64,000 nucleotides of DNA from Cellulomonas sp. GTDB lineage: Bacteria > Actinomycetota > Actinomycetes > Actinomycetales > Cellulomonadaceae. The DNA lies in the NCBI RefSeq assembly GCF_965229465.1, contig NZ_OZ245882.1, forward strand, positions 2,454,494 through 2,518,493. Reading direction: 5' to 3'. Below the pieces are notes generated by a model. That model saw nothing but the letters and a program-made list of their open reading frames with translations, made no database searches and was not told the origin of the DNA. Positions 22,916 through 31,721 of this stretch are shown here, one piece after another (within the stretch, counting starts at the first letter, position 1; every line of letters begins with the position of its first letter). The position numbers and the translations under genes were made by a program.

Positions 22916-23757
22916 CGCCCGGAACCGGAGGCGGGCCGGATCTCGAGCGTGCAGCACTTGGCGCCGCCGCCGCCCTTGAGCAGCTCGCTGGTGTCCACGG
23001 GGATGGGGTTGTAGCCACGCTCGGCGATCGCCGCAGCCAGGTCGACGGCACCCGGGGCGACGACCACGTTGTAGCCGTCGGAGACCGCGTTCAGGCCCAG
23101 GGCGACGGCGTCGCGCTCGGTGGCCTCGACCGCGTCGGGGAACAGCTGCTGGAGGACCGCGCGCGAGCCGGCCGAGAACGCCGGCGGGTAGTACGCGATC
23201 TGCGGGTCAGCCGGGTCGCTCGACAGCACGGCCAGCGCGGTGTCCAGGTGGTAGTAGTGCGGGCTGACCAGGTCGAGCGAGATGACCGGGCGGCCGAACA
23301 GCTCCTGGAGCTCGGCGTGCGCGGACCGCTCGGTGCGGAAGCCCGTGCCGGCCAGGACCAGGTCGCCGACGACCAGCAGGTCGCCCTCGCCCTCGTTGGT
23401 CTCGGCGGCGGTGTGCGTGACGTAGCCGCGGTCGGCGAACCACTTCTGGTACGCGGGGCCCTCGGGCTGGCGCTCGGCGTAGCGGAACTTGGCGGAGTAG
23501 ACGACGCCGTCCAGCACGGTGGCGCCGTTGGCCGCGTAGACCATGTCCGGCAGGCCGGGGATCGGGTCGATCGTCTCGACGGTGTGGCCGAGGTCGAGGT
23601 ACGTGTCGCGCAGGGTGCGCCACTGACGGACCGCGAGGTCGGCGTCGGTGAACCGGGTCTTGTCCATCCACGGGTTGATCTCGTAGGACACCGTGTAGTG
23701 GACGGGCTCGCACATCAGGTAGCGGCGATCGGTACGTCCGGGGGCGATCGGGGTCAT
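22912..23757 (-). CDS. ddaH: Dimethylargininase / amidinotransferase family
   Basis: YEINPWM, LPDMVYAAN, EGEGD, YHLDTAL and GGGAKCCTLE motifs; ATGA overlap with rocD. Confidence 0.85.
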   Translation of the reverse strand: MTPIAPGRTDRRYLMCEPVHYTVSYEINPWMDKTRFTDADLAVRQWRTLRDTYLDLGHTVETIDPIPGLPDMVYAANGATVLDGVVYSAKFRYAERQPEGPAYQKWFADRGYVTHTAAETNEGEGDLLVVGDLVLAGTGFRTERSAHAELQELFGRPVISLDLVSPHYYHLDTALAVLSSDPADPQIAYYPPAFSAGSRAVLQQLFPDAVEATERDAVALGLNAVSDGYNVVVAPGAVDLAAAIAERGYNPIPVDTSELLKGGGGAKCCTLEIRPASGSGR

Positions 23758-23862
23758 GAGGGCTCCTCGTGGCGTGTCGTTCCCACGAGGGTACGAGTCG
23801 CTGCGGCCCGTGCCGTTCATCTCGGATTGCGCGCTGGGGCGCGATCCGTTGCGCAGATCCGG

Positions 23863-24330
23863 CTAGGAGTTGCGATCTGTTGCGCGGACCTCGTTGCGCG
23901 CGCGCCTCAGCGCGTACCGGACCATCACGCCGAGGAAGGGTCGGAGCACCGCGCCGGTGAGTCGCCGCGAGAGGGGGCCGGCCAGGTACACCTCCTCGCT
24001 CCAGAACACCCGGCTCGACGACGGTCCGGCGGGCACGACCACGATGCTCGCGTGGCCCTTGAGCACGCGTCCGACCTTGGTGTACGTGGCGATGCCGGGC
24101 TCGTCACCGGTGGGCGGCTCGTACGTGTCGATCGTCATCACGTCCGTCAGCCCGGGGAACCCCCGCTTGGCCAGGGGACCGGAGACCGCCGTCACGGTCG
24201 ACCCGTCCACGGTCACCCGGGTCAGCGGGATCCACCGTTCGTGGTTGCGCAGGTCGGTGACGAGGTCCCACGCCGTCGCCGCGTCGACGGGGAAGGAACG
24301 GACCACGGCGTCGATCGGGATGCTCGTCAC
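23863..24330 (-). CDS. SRPBCC/polyketide cyclase family protein
   Basis: AWDLVTDLRNHERWIPLT N-terminal motif; size fits the family. Confidence 0.7.
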   Translation of the reverse strand: MTSIPIDAVVRSFPVDAATAWDLVTDLRNHERWIPLTRVTVDGSTVTAVSGPLAKRGFPGLTDVMTIDTYEPPTGDEPGIATYTKVGRVLKGHASIVVVPAGPSSSRVFWSEEVYLAGPLSRRLTGAVLRPFLGVMVRYALRRARNEVRATDRNS

Positions 24331-24364
24331 CTGGCCATCGTCCGCGCGGGTAACGTCGCTGTCC

Positions 24365-25354
24365 ATGGAGACGAGGCTTCTGGGACGTACGGGTCGGTCG
24401 GTCGGAGTGGTCGGGCTGGGCTGCTGGCAGCTCGGGGCGGACTGGGGATCGGTCACCGAGGAGGCCGCGCTGGCGGTGCTGGAGGCTGCGGTCGACTCCG
24501 GCGTCACGTTCCTCGACACCGCCGACGTGTACGGCGACGGACGCTCCGAGAAGCTCATCGGCACGTTCCTGCGCTCCCGCGGGCCGGACCACGGCATCAC
24601 GGTGGCGACGAAGATGGGCCGCCGCGCCGACCCGCACACCGCGGAGGCCTACACGCTCTCCTGGTTCCGCGCCTGGACCGACCGCTCGCGCGAGAACCTC
24701 GGCGTCGACACCCTCGACCTGGTGCAGCTGCACTGCCCGCCCACCGAGGTGTTCCGCCGCGAGTCCACCTACGACGCCCTCGACGTGCTGGTCGACGAGG
24801 GCCGGATCGCGTCCTACGGCGTCTCCGTCGAGACCGTCGACGAGGCGCTCGAGGCGATCGTCCGCCCGCACGTCGCGACCGTGCAGATCATCCTCAACGT
24901 GTTCCGTCGCAAGCCGCTCGAGCAGGTGCTCCCGCTGGCAGCCAAGGAGGGCGTCGGGATCATCGCCCGCGTGCCCCTGGCGTCGGGCCTGCTGTCCGGC
25001 AAGTACGACAAGGACACCCAGTTCGCGGCCGACGACCACCGGTCCTACAACCGCGCCGGGGAGGCCTTCGACGTCGGCGAGACGTTCGCCGGGGTGCCCT
25101 TCGAGGTCGGCGTCGCGGCCGCCCGCGAGGTCGCGTCGCTCACCCCTGAGGGCTGGACCACCGCGCAGCTGGCCCTGCGCTGGATCATCGACCAGCCCGG
25201 CGTGTCCGTCGTCATCCCCGGTGCGCGCTCAGCCGCCCAGGCGGTCGGGAACGCCGCGGCCGCGGCGCTGGGGCCGGTCGACGAGGAGACCCTCGGCGGG
25301 TTGCGCGGGATCTACGACGGCCGGATCCGCCAGCACGTGCACGCGCGCTGGTAG
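24365..25354 (+). CDS. Aldo/keto reductase
   Basis: GLGCWQLG, DTADVYGDG, DLVQLH and PLASGLLSGK motifs. Confidence 0.92.
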   Translation: METRLLGRTGRSVGVVGLGCWQLGADWGSVTEEAALAVLEAAVDSGVTFLDTADVYGDGRSEKLIGTFLRSRGPDHGITVATKMGRRADPHTAEAYTLSWFRAWTDRSRENLGVDTLDLVQLHCPPTEVFRRESTYDALDVLVDEGRIASYGVSVETVDEALEAIVRPHVATVQIILNVFRRKPLEQVLPLAAKEGVGIIARVPLASGLLSGKYDKDTQFAADDHRSYNRAGEAFDVGETFAGVPFEVGVAAAREVASLTPEGWTTAQLALRWIIDQPGVSVVIPGARSAAQAVGNAAAAALGPVDEETLGGLRGIYDGRIRQHVHARW

Positions 25355-25357
25355 GAC

Positions 25358-26098
25358 CTACTTCTTCGAGCCGATCCGCTTGAACCTGCCCGTCACCCGC
25401 TTGGGCTCGGCGGGCAGGATCAGAGGCTTGTCGTTCGGCCCTGCGATCTCGATGACCTTCGGGAACGTCAGCGGCGGCGGACCGAAGGCCGTGCGCGCGC
25501 CCTCGATCACGTTCTTGCCGAGCGCCCGAGCCCCCGCGACACCGACCACCAGGCCGATGCCGAACGGGATCAGCCGCCCGATCGCGAGCCCCGTCTGCTT
25601 GGTCAGCTGCGTGCGCACCAGGCGGCGCGTCATCGTCGTGTTCACCTTGCGGACCGTCGCCATCGGCATCCGGGTCAGCAGCGCCCGCGCCACGCTCACG
25701 CTGGTCATCTCCGCGCCGTCGGTGACGATCTTGCCGCCGGAGTCCCCGAGGATCGTCGTGAGCAGGAGCGCGCGACGCCGGTCGTGGTCCTCGACCTCGA
25801 TGCCGTGCACGCTGGCCACCGCGAGCGCGAACGCGGCCGACGCCGCGAAGAACGTCGCCACGTCGCTGGCCGTGAGCGCCAGGGCGACGCCCGTGCCGAC
25901 AGCCGGAGCCGCCGCGGTCGCACCGACCGCGCCGCCCGTGCTCTGCACGACCAGCAGGTACTCCTTCTCCAGGAGCCGCACCAGCTGCTCGGGCGTCGCG
26001 CCCGGATTCCTGCGCCGCAGCGAGTCGACGTGCGCGTGGATCGTGGCCGACGGGATGGTGACGGCCTTGGCCAGCGCCGCCTCGACGAGGGCCGGCAT
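25358..26098 (-). CDS. Conserved actinobacterial hypothetical protein (EcsC-like)
   Basis: Codon pattern typical of host genes; hydrophobic GAVGATAAAP..G core; TGATG overlap with osmC. Confidence 0.6.
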   Translation of the reverse strand: MPALVEAALAKAVTIPSATIHAHVDSLRRRNPGATPEQLVRLLEKEYLLVVQSTGGAVGATAAAPAVGTGVALALTASDVATFFAASAAFALAVASVHGIEVEDHDRRRALLLTTILGDSGGKIVTDGAEMTSVSVARALLTRMPMATVRKVNTTMTRRLVRTQLTKQTGLAIGRLIPFGIGLVVGVAGARALGKNVIEGARTAFGPPPLTFPKVIEIAGPNDKPLILPAEPKRVTGRFKRIGSKK

Positions 26099-26556
26099 CA
26101 GCGCTCCCCGGTGACCGTCAGCTGCACCGCGGCCCCGGCGTCGAGCGTGCGACCGACCGTGCAGTGCGAGTCGATGGCCCGGTGCACCAGGTTGATGAGG
26201 CGCTCGCGGGTGGCCGCGTCCAGCGCGCTGAGGTCGACTACCAGCTCCTCCGCGATCGCGGGGTACCGGTCCTCCTCGACATCGCTCATGCCCGAGGCCT
26301 TGATGGTCACGTCGACGTCGTCGCCCAGGTAGTGACTGAGCTTGGCGTCCGCCGCCAGCCCGCTGCACCCGGCCAGCGCGATCTTCAGCAGCTCACCCGG
26401 GCTGAACACGTTCTCCACGCCCACGCTGCCGATCAGCACCTCGGCGCCGCGCGAGTTGCGGCCCGTGTAGAGGCGCTTGCCCGTGCGTTCGACCCACAGC
26501 TCGGTGTCGCCCGCGTTCTTGGTGATGTCGGGCGCCTGCTTCTGCTCCGTCGTCAT
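26098..26556 (-). CDS. OsmC family protein
   Basis: FSPGELLKIALAGCSG and HCTVGRT two-Cys motifs. Confidence 0.85.
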   Translation of the reverse strand: MTTEQKQAPDITKNAGDTELWVERTGKRLYTGRNSRGAEVLIGSVGVENVFSPGELLKIALAGCSGLAADAKLSHYLGDDVDVTIKASGMSDVEEDRYPAIAEELVVDLSALDAATRERLINLVHRAIDSHCTVGRTLDAGAAVQLTVTGER

Positions 26557-26599
26557 CCCGCGATCCTGCCACGCGAGGCTGACTGTCTCGCGTCGAGCG

Positions 26600-27469
26600 C
26601 TAGACCGCTCCGGCCGCTGCCTCCGCTGCCTTCTTCGCCCGCGCGGGGGAGTCCCAGTTGCGGAACGTCTCGCGCACCCAGAAGACCAGGAACAGCCCGA
26701 CCTCCCACCACTCGGCGATGGCCACGTGGTACCCGCGCACCAGCCAGTACGCCAGCGCGATCACGACGATCCCGCCGAGCGTCATCCCCACCGCGATCCA
26801 CTTGTACAGGGGCTGGTCGGGCAGGTCGTCCTCGCCCGCCGCCTTCGGCCACCCGTTGCACGCGACCGCGACCGCCATGCTGATGATCAGCCCGAACGTC
26901 GCGGCGTAGTGGATCCAGGCGAAGTCCGTGCCCTCCCAGATGCGATAGATCAGCAGCGCGACGAACACGGCGGCCAGCACCCACGAGAGCCGGTAGAACG
27001 CCTTCGCCTTCTTCGGCTTGGCGCCCAGCGCGTCCCCCGGCCAGTTGCCGGTGCGCTTCTCCGCGATGACGAGCACCGCGGCGGCGACGAGCACCGAGAT
27101 GGTGGACACGCGGATGCCGTTGACCATCTGCTCGCGGATCGCCGGGTCCTCGATCCCGCGCAGCGTGTCCTGCAGGTCGGTGGGCACGAACGCCACGAAC
27201 AGCGCGTAGAAGCCCGCCAGGTTCAGCGCGAAGTCCTCGAGCGTCCGACCCCGGTACGCCACCAGGCAGACCGCGATGCCGACGAAGGCGCCGACGAACA
27301 CGTCCCGCAGCGGCCCCAGGTAGTTGGCGCTGATCGACCCCTCGAACTTGCCGAAGAACACGAGCCCGAAGATCGAGCCGATCAGCAGGAACGCCGCCAG
27401 CGCGACGAGGATCATCCTCAGGTGCCGGTACGTCTCCCGGGCGACATCTGACTCACGCAGCGCAGCCAT
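26600..27469 (-). CDS. Multi-pass membrane protein (DUF998-like)
   Basis: SISANY...RDVFVG, HYAA and EWWE motifs; about 7 TM; SD GGAGG. Confidence 0.6.
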   Translation of the reverse strand: MAALRESDVARETYRHLRMILVALAAFLLIGSIFGLVFFGKFEGSISANYLGPLRDVFVGAFVGIAVCLVAYRGRTLEDFALNLAGFYALFVAFVPTDLQDTLRGIEDPAIREQMVNGIRVSTISVLVAAAVLVIAEKRTGNWPGDALGAKPKKAKAFYRLSWVLAAVFVALLIYRIWEGTDFAWIHYAATFGLIISMAVAVACNGWPKAAGEDDLPDQPLYKWIAVGMTLGGIVVIALAYWLVRGYHVAIAEWWEVGLFLVFWVRETFRNWDSPARAKKAAEAAAGAV

Positions 27470-27604
27470 CGCGGTCCCCCTCCGCTGGGCATGTCCCTGT
27501 CGCGATCGTCCCGCGTCCGGTGTGCGCGGGTCCATGGGTGTTTAGGGTGATTCTCTCCCGTCGGGGTCCCACGGCAGCCGCGTGGCTGCGAGGTACGGTG
27601 CCGC

Positions 27605-28930
27605 GTGCGAACGACGCGATCGGCAGGGGCTCCACGGACCGCCGGCGTCGTGTTCACCGCCGCGGTCATCGTGTACTTCGCAGCCGTCGTGCACCGTACG
27701 GCCCTCGGGGTGGCGGGCGTCGACGCCATCGACCGGTTCGGCCTGTCCGCCACCATGCTGGCGCTCTTCTCAGTGGTCCAGCTCACCGCGTACGCGGGCA
27801 TGCAGATCCCCGCGGGGCAGCTGCTCGACCGGTTCGGTGCCCGGTCGGTGCTCGTCGCCGGCTCGCTGGTGATGGCCGCAGGACAGCTGCTGCTGGCACT
27901 CTCCGACCAGGTCGGGTGGGCGCTCGTGGCCCGCGTGCTCATCGGCGCCGGCGACGCCCCGATCTTCATCGGCGCGTGCCGGCTGGTCGCCGAGTGGTTC
28001 CCGCCGCGCCGCATCCCGGTGATGGTGCAGACCACGGGCCTGATCGGGCAGGCGGGCCAGCTGGCGTCGGCGATCCCGGTGGCCTGGCTGCTGCACTCCC
28101 AGGGCTGGACGGTCGCGTTCGCGACGCTGGCCGGGCTCGGGGTCGTGGCGGCGTCCGTCGCGTTCGTCGGCATCCGCTCCGCCGCCTCGTCCGCGTCGCA
28201 CGCACCCGAGCGCTTCCTGTCCGCCGTCCGCTCGGCGGCACGCCCGCACGGCACGCGGCTGGGCTTCTGGAGCCACTTCCTGTGCCCGTTCTCCGCCAAC
28301 GTGGTGGCGCTGCTGTGGGGCGTGCCGTTCTTCGTCACCGCCCAGAACCGCACGCCCGGCGAGGCCAGCCTCCTGCTCATCGTCCTCACCCTGTCCGCCA
28401 TGATCACCGGACCGCTGGCGGGGCAGTTCACGGCCCGGCACCCGCTGCGCCGCAGCTGGGCGGTGCTCGCGACCGCCGGCGCGACGCTGGTGGCCTGGTC
28501 GGTCCTGCTGGCATTCGATACCCCGCGGCCGCTGTGGCAGCTGCTGCTGTTCGTCGTCGTCCTCGGCGCCGGCGCTCCCATCTCGCTCGTCGGCGTGGAC
28601 TTCGCGCGGACCTCGACGCCTCAGGAACGCCTCGGCGCCGCGACGGGGTTCGTGAACATGGGCGGGTTCACCTCGACGATCCTCGGCGTGCTCGCCGTCG
28701 GGCTGGTGCTCCAGCTGGTCTCGCCGCCCGGCGCTTCGATTTACACCCTCGATGCCTACCGAGTCGCGTTCGCCGTGTTGCTCCTGCCGTGGCTCGTCGG
28801 CCTCGTGGGAGTGCTGCACCACCGCCGACGCACCCGCACCGAGCTGGCCGCCGAGGGAGTGCACCTGCGGCCCGTCCGCGACGTGCTCCGGTGGCGCCGG
28901 CCTTCGGTCGTTCGCCCGCGCGTTCGGTAG
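27605..28930 (+). CDS. MFS transporter
   Basis: QLTAYAGMQIPAGQLLDRFGAR motif, 12 TM. Confidence 0.88.
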   Translation: MRTTRSAGAPRTAGVVFTAAVIVYFAAVVHRTALGVAGVDAIDRFGLSATMLALFSVVQLTAYAGMQIPAGQLLDRFGARSVLVAGSLVMAAGQLLLALSDQVGWALVARVLIGAGDAPIFIGACRLVAEWFPPRRIPVMVQTTGLIGQAGQLASAIPVAWLLHSQGWTVAFATLAGLGVVAASVAFVGIRSAASSASHAPERFLSAVRSAARPHGTRLGFWSHFLCPFSANVVALLWGVPFFVTAQNRTPGEASLLLIVLTLSAMITGPLAGQFTARHPLRRSWAVLATAGATLVAWSVLLAFDTPRPLWQLLLFVVVLGAGAPISLVGVDFARTSTPQERLGAATGFVNMGGFTSTILGVLAVGLVLQLVSPPGASIYTLDAYRVAFAVLLLPWLVGLVGVLHHRRRTRTELAAEGVHLRPVRDVLRWRRPSVVRPRVR

Positions 28931-28956
28931 GCTCTGCGGCGTTCCCCGTGGATCGC

Positions 28957-29029
28957 GCGCCTGTAGCTCAGGGGATAGAGCACCGCTCTCCTAAAGCGGG
29001 TGTCGGCAGTTCGAATCTGCCCAGGCGCA
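28957..29029 (+). tRNA. tRNA-Arg(CCT), CCA not encoded
   Basis: Full cloverleaf: GCGCCTG/CAGGCGC, GCTC/GAGC, CCGCT-CTCCTAA-AGCGG, GGCAG-TTCGAAT-CTGCC. Confidence 0.97.
28988..29029 (+). repeat. attL core (3' 42 nt of tRNA-Arg)
   Basis: CTCCTAAAGCGGGTGTCGGCAGTTCGAATCTGCCCAGGCGCA, identical to 38041-38082. Confidence 0.95.
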
Positions 29030-29101
29030 CAAGTGTTCATGCAGGTCAGCGCATTCTTGGGTGCGGCTGGTGTGGTCGGTGCGACCGCAATGTCCGGTTC
29101 G

Positions 29102-29121
29102 TGGTCAGCACGTGGTCAGCA
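29102..29121 (+). repeat. Tandem TGGTCAGCA (11-bp period), putative integrase arm site, left
   Basis: The same pair with the same spacing occurs at 37939-37958. Confidence 0.7.
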
Positions 29122-29143
29122 GTTGCTGGTGAGGTCAGTACGC

Positions 29144-29743
29144 CTAGGTCGCGAAGATCCGAGCGACCGCCGGCCAGATGCCCGGCTCGTCCCCGTCGCC
29201 GCGTCGGTCGACCTGACCAGCGACAGTCCGATGCGCCGGGTTTGCTGTGAGGTCCGGGCTCGGTGGCACACTCGGGACTCGCTTGCGACTCTTCGATGCA
29301 GCTTCCGTGCAACGGCCAACGGCGTCGGCCCGATCGACGCCGAGCCACGGCGGTAGGTCGCCGGCTGCGTCCAGGTCGTTCAACGCCGTCTTGGGGTCGT
29401 TCAGCCGCCTCCACACGATCCAACCTCTGAGCCACCTAAGCGCGGCGCGGTCCTGTGCCCCGGAGATCCAGGCGCCAAGCCCGAGATCGAGCGAGTGGAC
29501 TGCGCTCCGCGGCTGACCCTGGAGCAGCGCTGACACCGCGTACAGGAGCCAGGTGTCCGGCAACCACGCGCCGCCCCCCGAACCAATCCAGCCCTTGGTC
29601 CAGTAGTACACGCCGTGCCAGTCATCATTCTCGAACGCGGCAAGCGCCTCGCGCCGGCAGCGGTTGCCGACCTCGCTCACGTCATAGTTCGAAGTGTTCG
29701 GGTCCACGGCCACGGAGCGAGTCTCCCTGAGTTTGCCGGCCAA
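29144..29743 (-). CDS. Hypothetical Trp-rich helical (TPR-like) cargo protein
   Basis: 199-aa ORF with amphipathic helical pairs; no family recognised. Confidence 0.55.
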   Translation of the reverse strand: MAGKLRETRSVAVDPNTSNYDVSEVGNRCRREALAAFENDDWHGVYYWTKGWIGSGGGAWLPDTWLLYAVSALLQGQPRSAVHSLDLGLGAWISGAQDRAALRWLRGWIVWRRLNDPKTALNDLDAAGDLPPWLGVDRADAVGRCTEAASKSRKRVPSVPPSPDLTANPAHRTVAGQVDRRGDGDEPGIWPAVARIFAT

Positions 29744-29946
29744 GTGGTCTCTACGACCGTGGTGCGCCGACGAATTCTGGACTCCGCCGTGGTGCTGCCT
29801 CGGCTCGTGGCACAGCGATATCTACCTGGGTCCCTATGACGCCGCGCTGCTTGTGCCGGGTTCCAGGCACATCGGCGTCGAAGACTGCGTGCCCCACCTC
29901 AAGAAAGTCCGTCTGAGAGAGGGCGCCGGTCCGGCACGATGTCCTT

Positions 29947-30309
29947 ATGAAGGAGCCGCCACCCGGACTGCCACCGGCGAACTCGCGTAAGTGGCACTCG
30001 CGACAGAAGTGGGACTCGCTCGGCTACTTGCGTGTGAGGTCCTTGGGCAACCCCGATTGGACGCGCGATACTCGGTGGTTGCTCGGAGTGTTGACGCATC
30101 AGCGAAACAAGGCACCCGATAGTGAGCGCGTGCTCTATGACCGGGTCATGGATGCGACAAGGCGCTACCCGAGAACGGCCGCCGGTGCGACCGACGCAGA
30201 CCGGGCTTGGGACGAGGTGCTGACCGTAATCGACGACCTGCTACTCGTGCGACAGGCACGACACCTCGAGGCGGTACGGGCAGCCCAGGCGGAACAAGCG
30301 AGCTCGTAG
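29947..30309 (+). CDS. Hypothetical cargo protein
   Basis: 120-aa ORF with plausible protein composition; no family recognised. Confidence 0.55.
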   Translation: MKEPPPGLPPANSRKWHSRQKWDSLGYLRVRSLGNPDWTRDTRWLLGVLTHQRNKAPDSERVLYDRVMDATRRYPRTAAGATDADRAWDEVLTVIDDLLLVRQARHLEAVRAAQAEQASS

Positions 30310-30388
30310 CGCCGACGTGCGCCGGACAACCCCGGGTGGCGGATGCCGAGCTCGTTCAAGGCGGGACGCCGCACCCGACGTCACCGCC

Positions 30389-31489
30389 TCAGCTGGCCGG
30401 CGGAGGCTCGGGGAAGATGGGCATCCGTTCCATTGCCACCCACGGCGCCTCTGAGAAGAGGTGGCCATAGAGGTCCATCGTCATGGTTGCCGTCGCGTGT
30501 CCGAGGATCATCTGGACCGCCTTCACATCGGCGCCGGCCGCGATCAGCAGCGAGGCGGCGGTGTGACGGAGGTCGTGGATCGTCGTGCCGGCCAGGCCGA
30601 CCGACTGCGTCGTCTCGGTCCAGCGGGAGCGGACTCGGAAGTTGGTGTTGGTCCAGATGCCTCCCGTCGGGCTTGGGAACAGGTACGAGCCCGACGGGGC
30701 GCTGTCGATCCGTTCCCGGACGTAGCTTTCGAGCGTCGGCGGGACCGGCACGGTGCGCGTCTGGTGGGTCTTCGTCGGGCCGAAGATGGCGCCGCTGGTC
30801 TTCTTCGACTGCGGGGCTGCGCGGTGGATCCGGACGCCAAGGCCGTGCGGTGTCTGGACGACGTCGTCGACCCGCAGCGCGCACATCTCCGAGAACCGGC
30901 AGCCGGCCAGGCCGAGGAAGAGCACGACCGGCCGGCAGTTCGGTGGCATGGCGTCGGCGAGCTTGCCCAGCTGCTCCGCACGTAGCCAGTGCGGCTCCCG
31001 TTTGGTCGTGCCCTTGGGGAGCGGGATCGAGCGGGCGACGTTGACGGAGATCCGCCGGTCGCGGACGGCGTAGTCGAGCACCAGCCGGATGACGGACAGG
31101 ACCCGCCGCCGGGTGGCCGTCGCCAGCCCGCGAACCGTCATCGCTGTCAGCACCCGCTCGACGTCCGTCGCCGAGATCACGGCGATCGGGAAGCGCCCGA
31201 GCAGCGGGATGACGTAAGAGTCGAGCAGGAACTGCGTCGTCTCCTGGCTCCGGACGGCGAGGTGCTGTCGTGAGCCCTGCCATTCCTCGGCGAGCATCCC
31301 GAAGGACACTCGGCCGCGGCTCGGGTCGATCCAGGTGCCGCTCTGGAGCTTGACCAGCTGGTCGGCCTCCCAGCGCCTGGCGTCGGTCTTGCGCTGGAAC
31401 GACTTCTCGGCGATGACCCGGTGCTCGAAGAAGACCTTCGCGCGCCAGGTCACCGTGCCCGAGGGAAGCGTCCGCCGGGTGACGGACAT
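30389..31489 (-). CDS. int: Tyrosine recombinase/integrase
   Basis: GCRFSE (R), HDLRH, LGH and MDLYGHL (Y) catalytic residues; N-terminal arm-binding region. Confidence 0.95.
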   Translation of the reverse strand: MSVTRRTLPSGTVTWRAKVFFEHRVIAEKSFQRKTDARRWEADQLVKLQSGTWIDPSRGRVSFGMLAEEWQGSRQHLAVRSQETTQFLLDSYVIPLLGRFPIAVISATDVERVLTAMTVRGLATATRRRVLSVIRLVLDYAVRDRRISVNVARSIPLPKGTTKREPHWLRAEQLGKLADAMPPNCRPVVLFLGLAGCRFSEMCALRVDDVVQTPHGLGVRIHRAAPQSKKTSGAIFGPTKTHQTRTVPVPPTLESYVRERIDSAPSGSYLFPSPTGGIWTNTNFRVRSRWTETTQSVGLAGTTIHDLRHTAASLLIAAGADVKAVQMILGHATATMTMDLYGHLFSEAPWVAMERMPIFPEPPPAS

Positions 31490-31692
31490 CAGCGTCGGCG
31501 CGGCTGCGCGGGCTCCCGATCGACCCACGAGGCCGGGATGAGGATGACGGTCCCGAGCCGGCGGCAGGGGATCTGCTCGGTCTCGGCCAGGTGGTAGAGC
31601 GTCCGCACCGGCACCCCGAGGACGGCGGCGGCGTCCTTAACGCGGTAGTACTGCCGAGCAGCAGTGACGGCGGTCTGCGTGGTTGTCGACAT
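31489..31692 (-). CDS. Excisionase-like HTH protein
   Basis: YRVKDAAAVLGVPVRTLY..IPCRRLG (HTH_17/Xis); SD GAAGGAG; TGATG overlap with int. Confidence 0.85.
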   Translation of the reverse strand: MSTTTQTAVTAARQYYRVKDAAAVLGVPVRTLYHLAETEQIPCRRLGTVILIPASWVDREPAQPRRR

Positions 31693-31721
31693 GGTCGTTC
31701 TCCTTCGGTGGGTTGGGGTGG

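Noticed and set aside
29694-29990. 98-aa Cys/Trp-rich ORF in the IME
   Set aside because: Overlaps both neighbouring ORFs, has no SD and no motif; probably the divergent promoter region.
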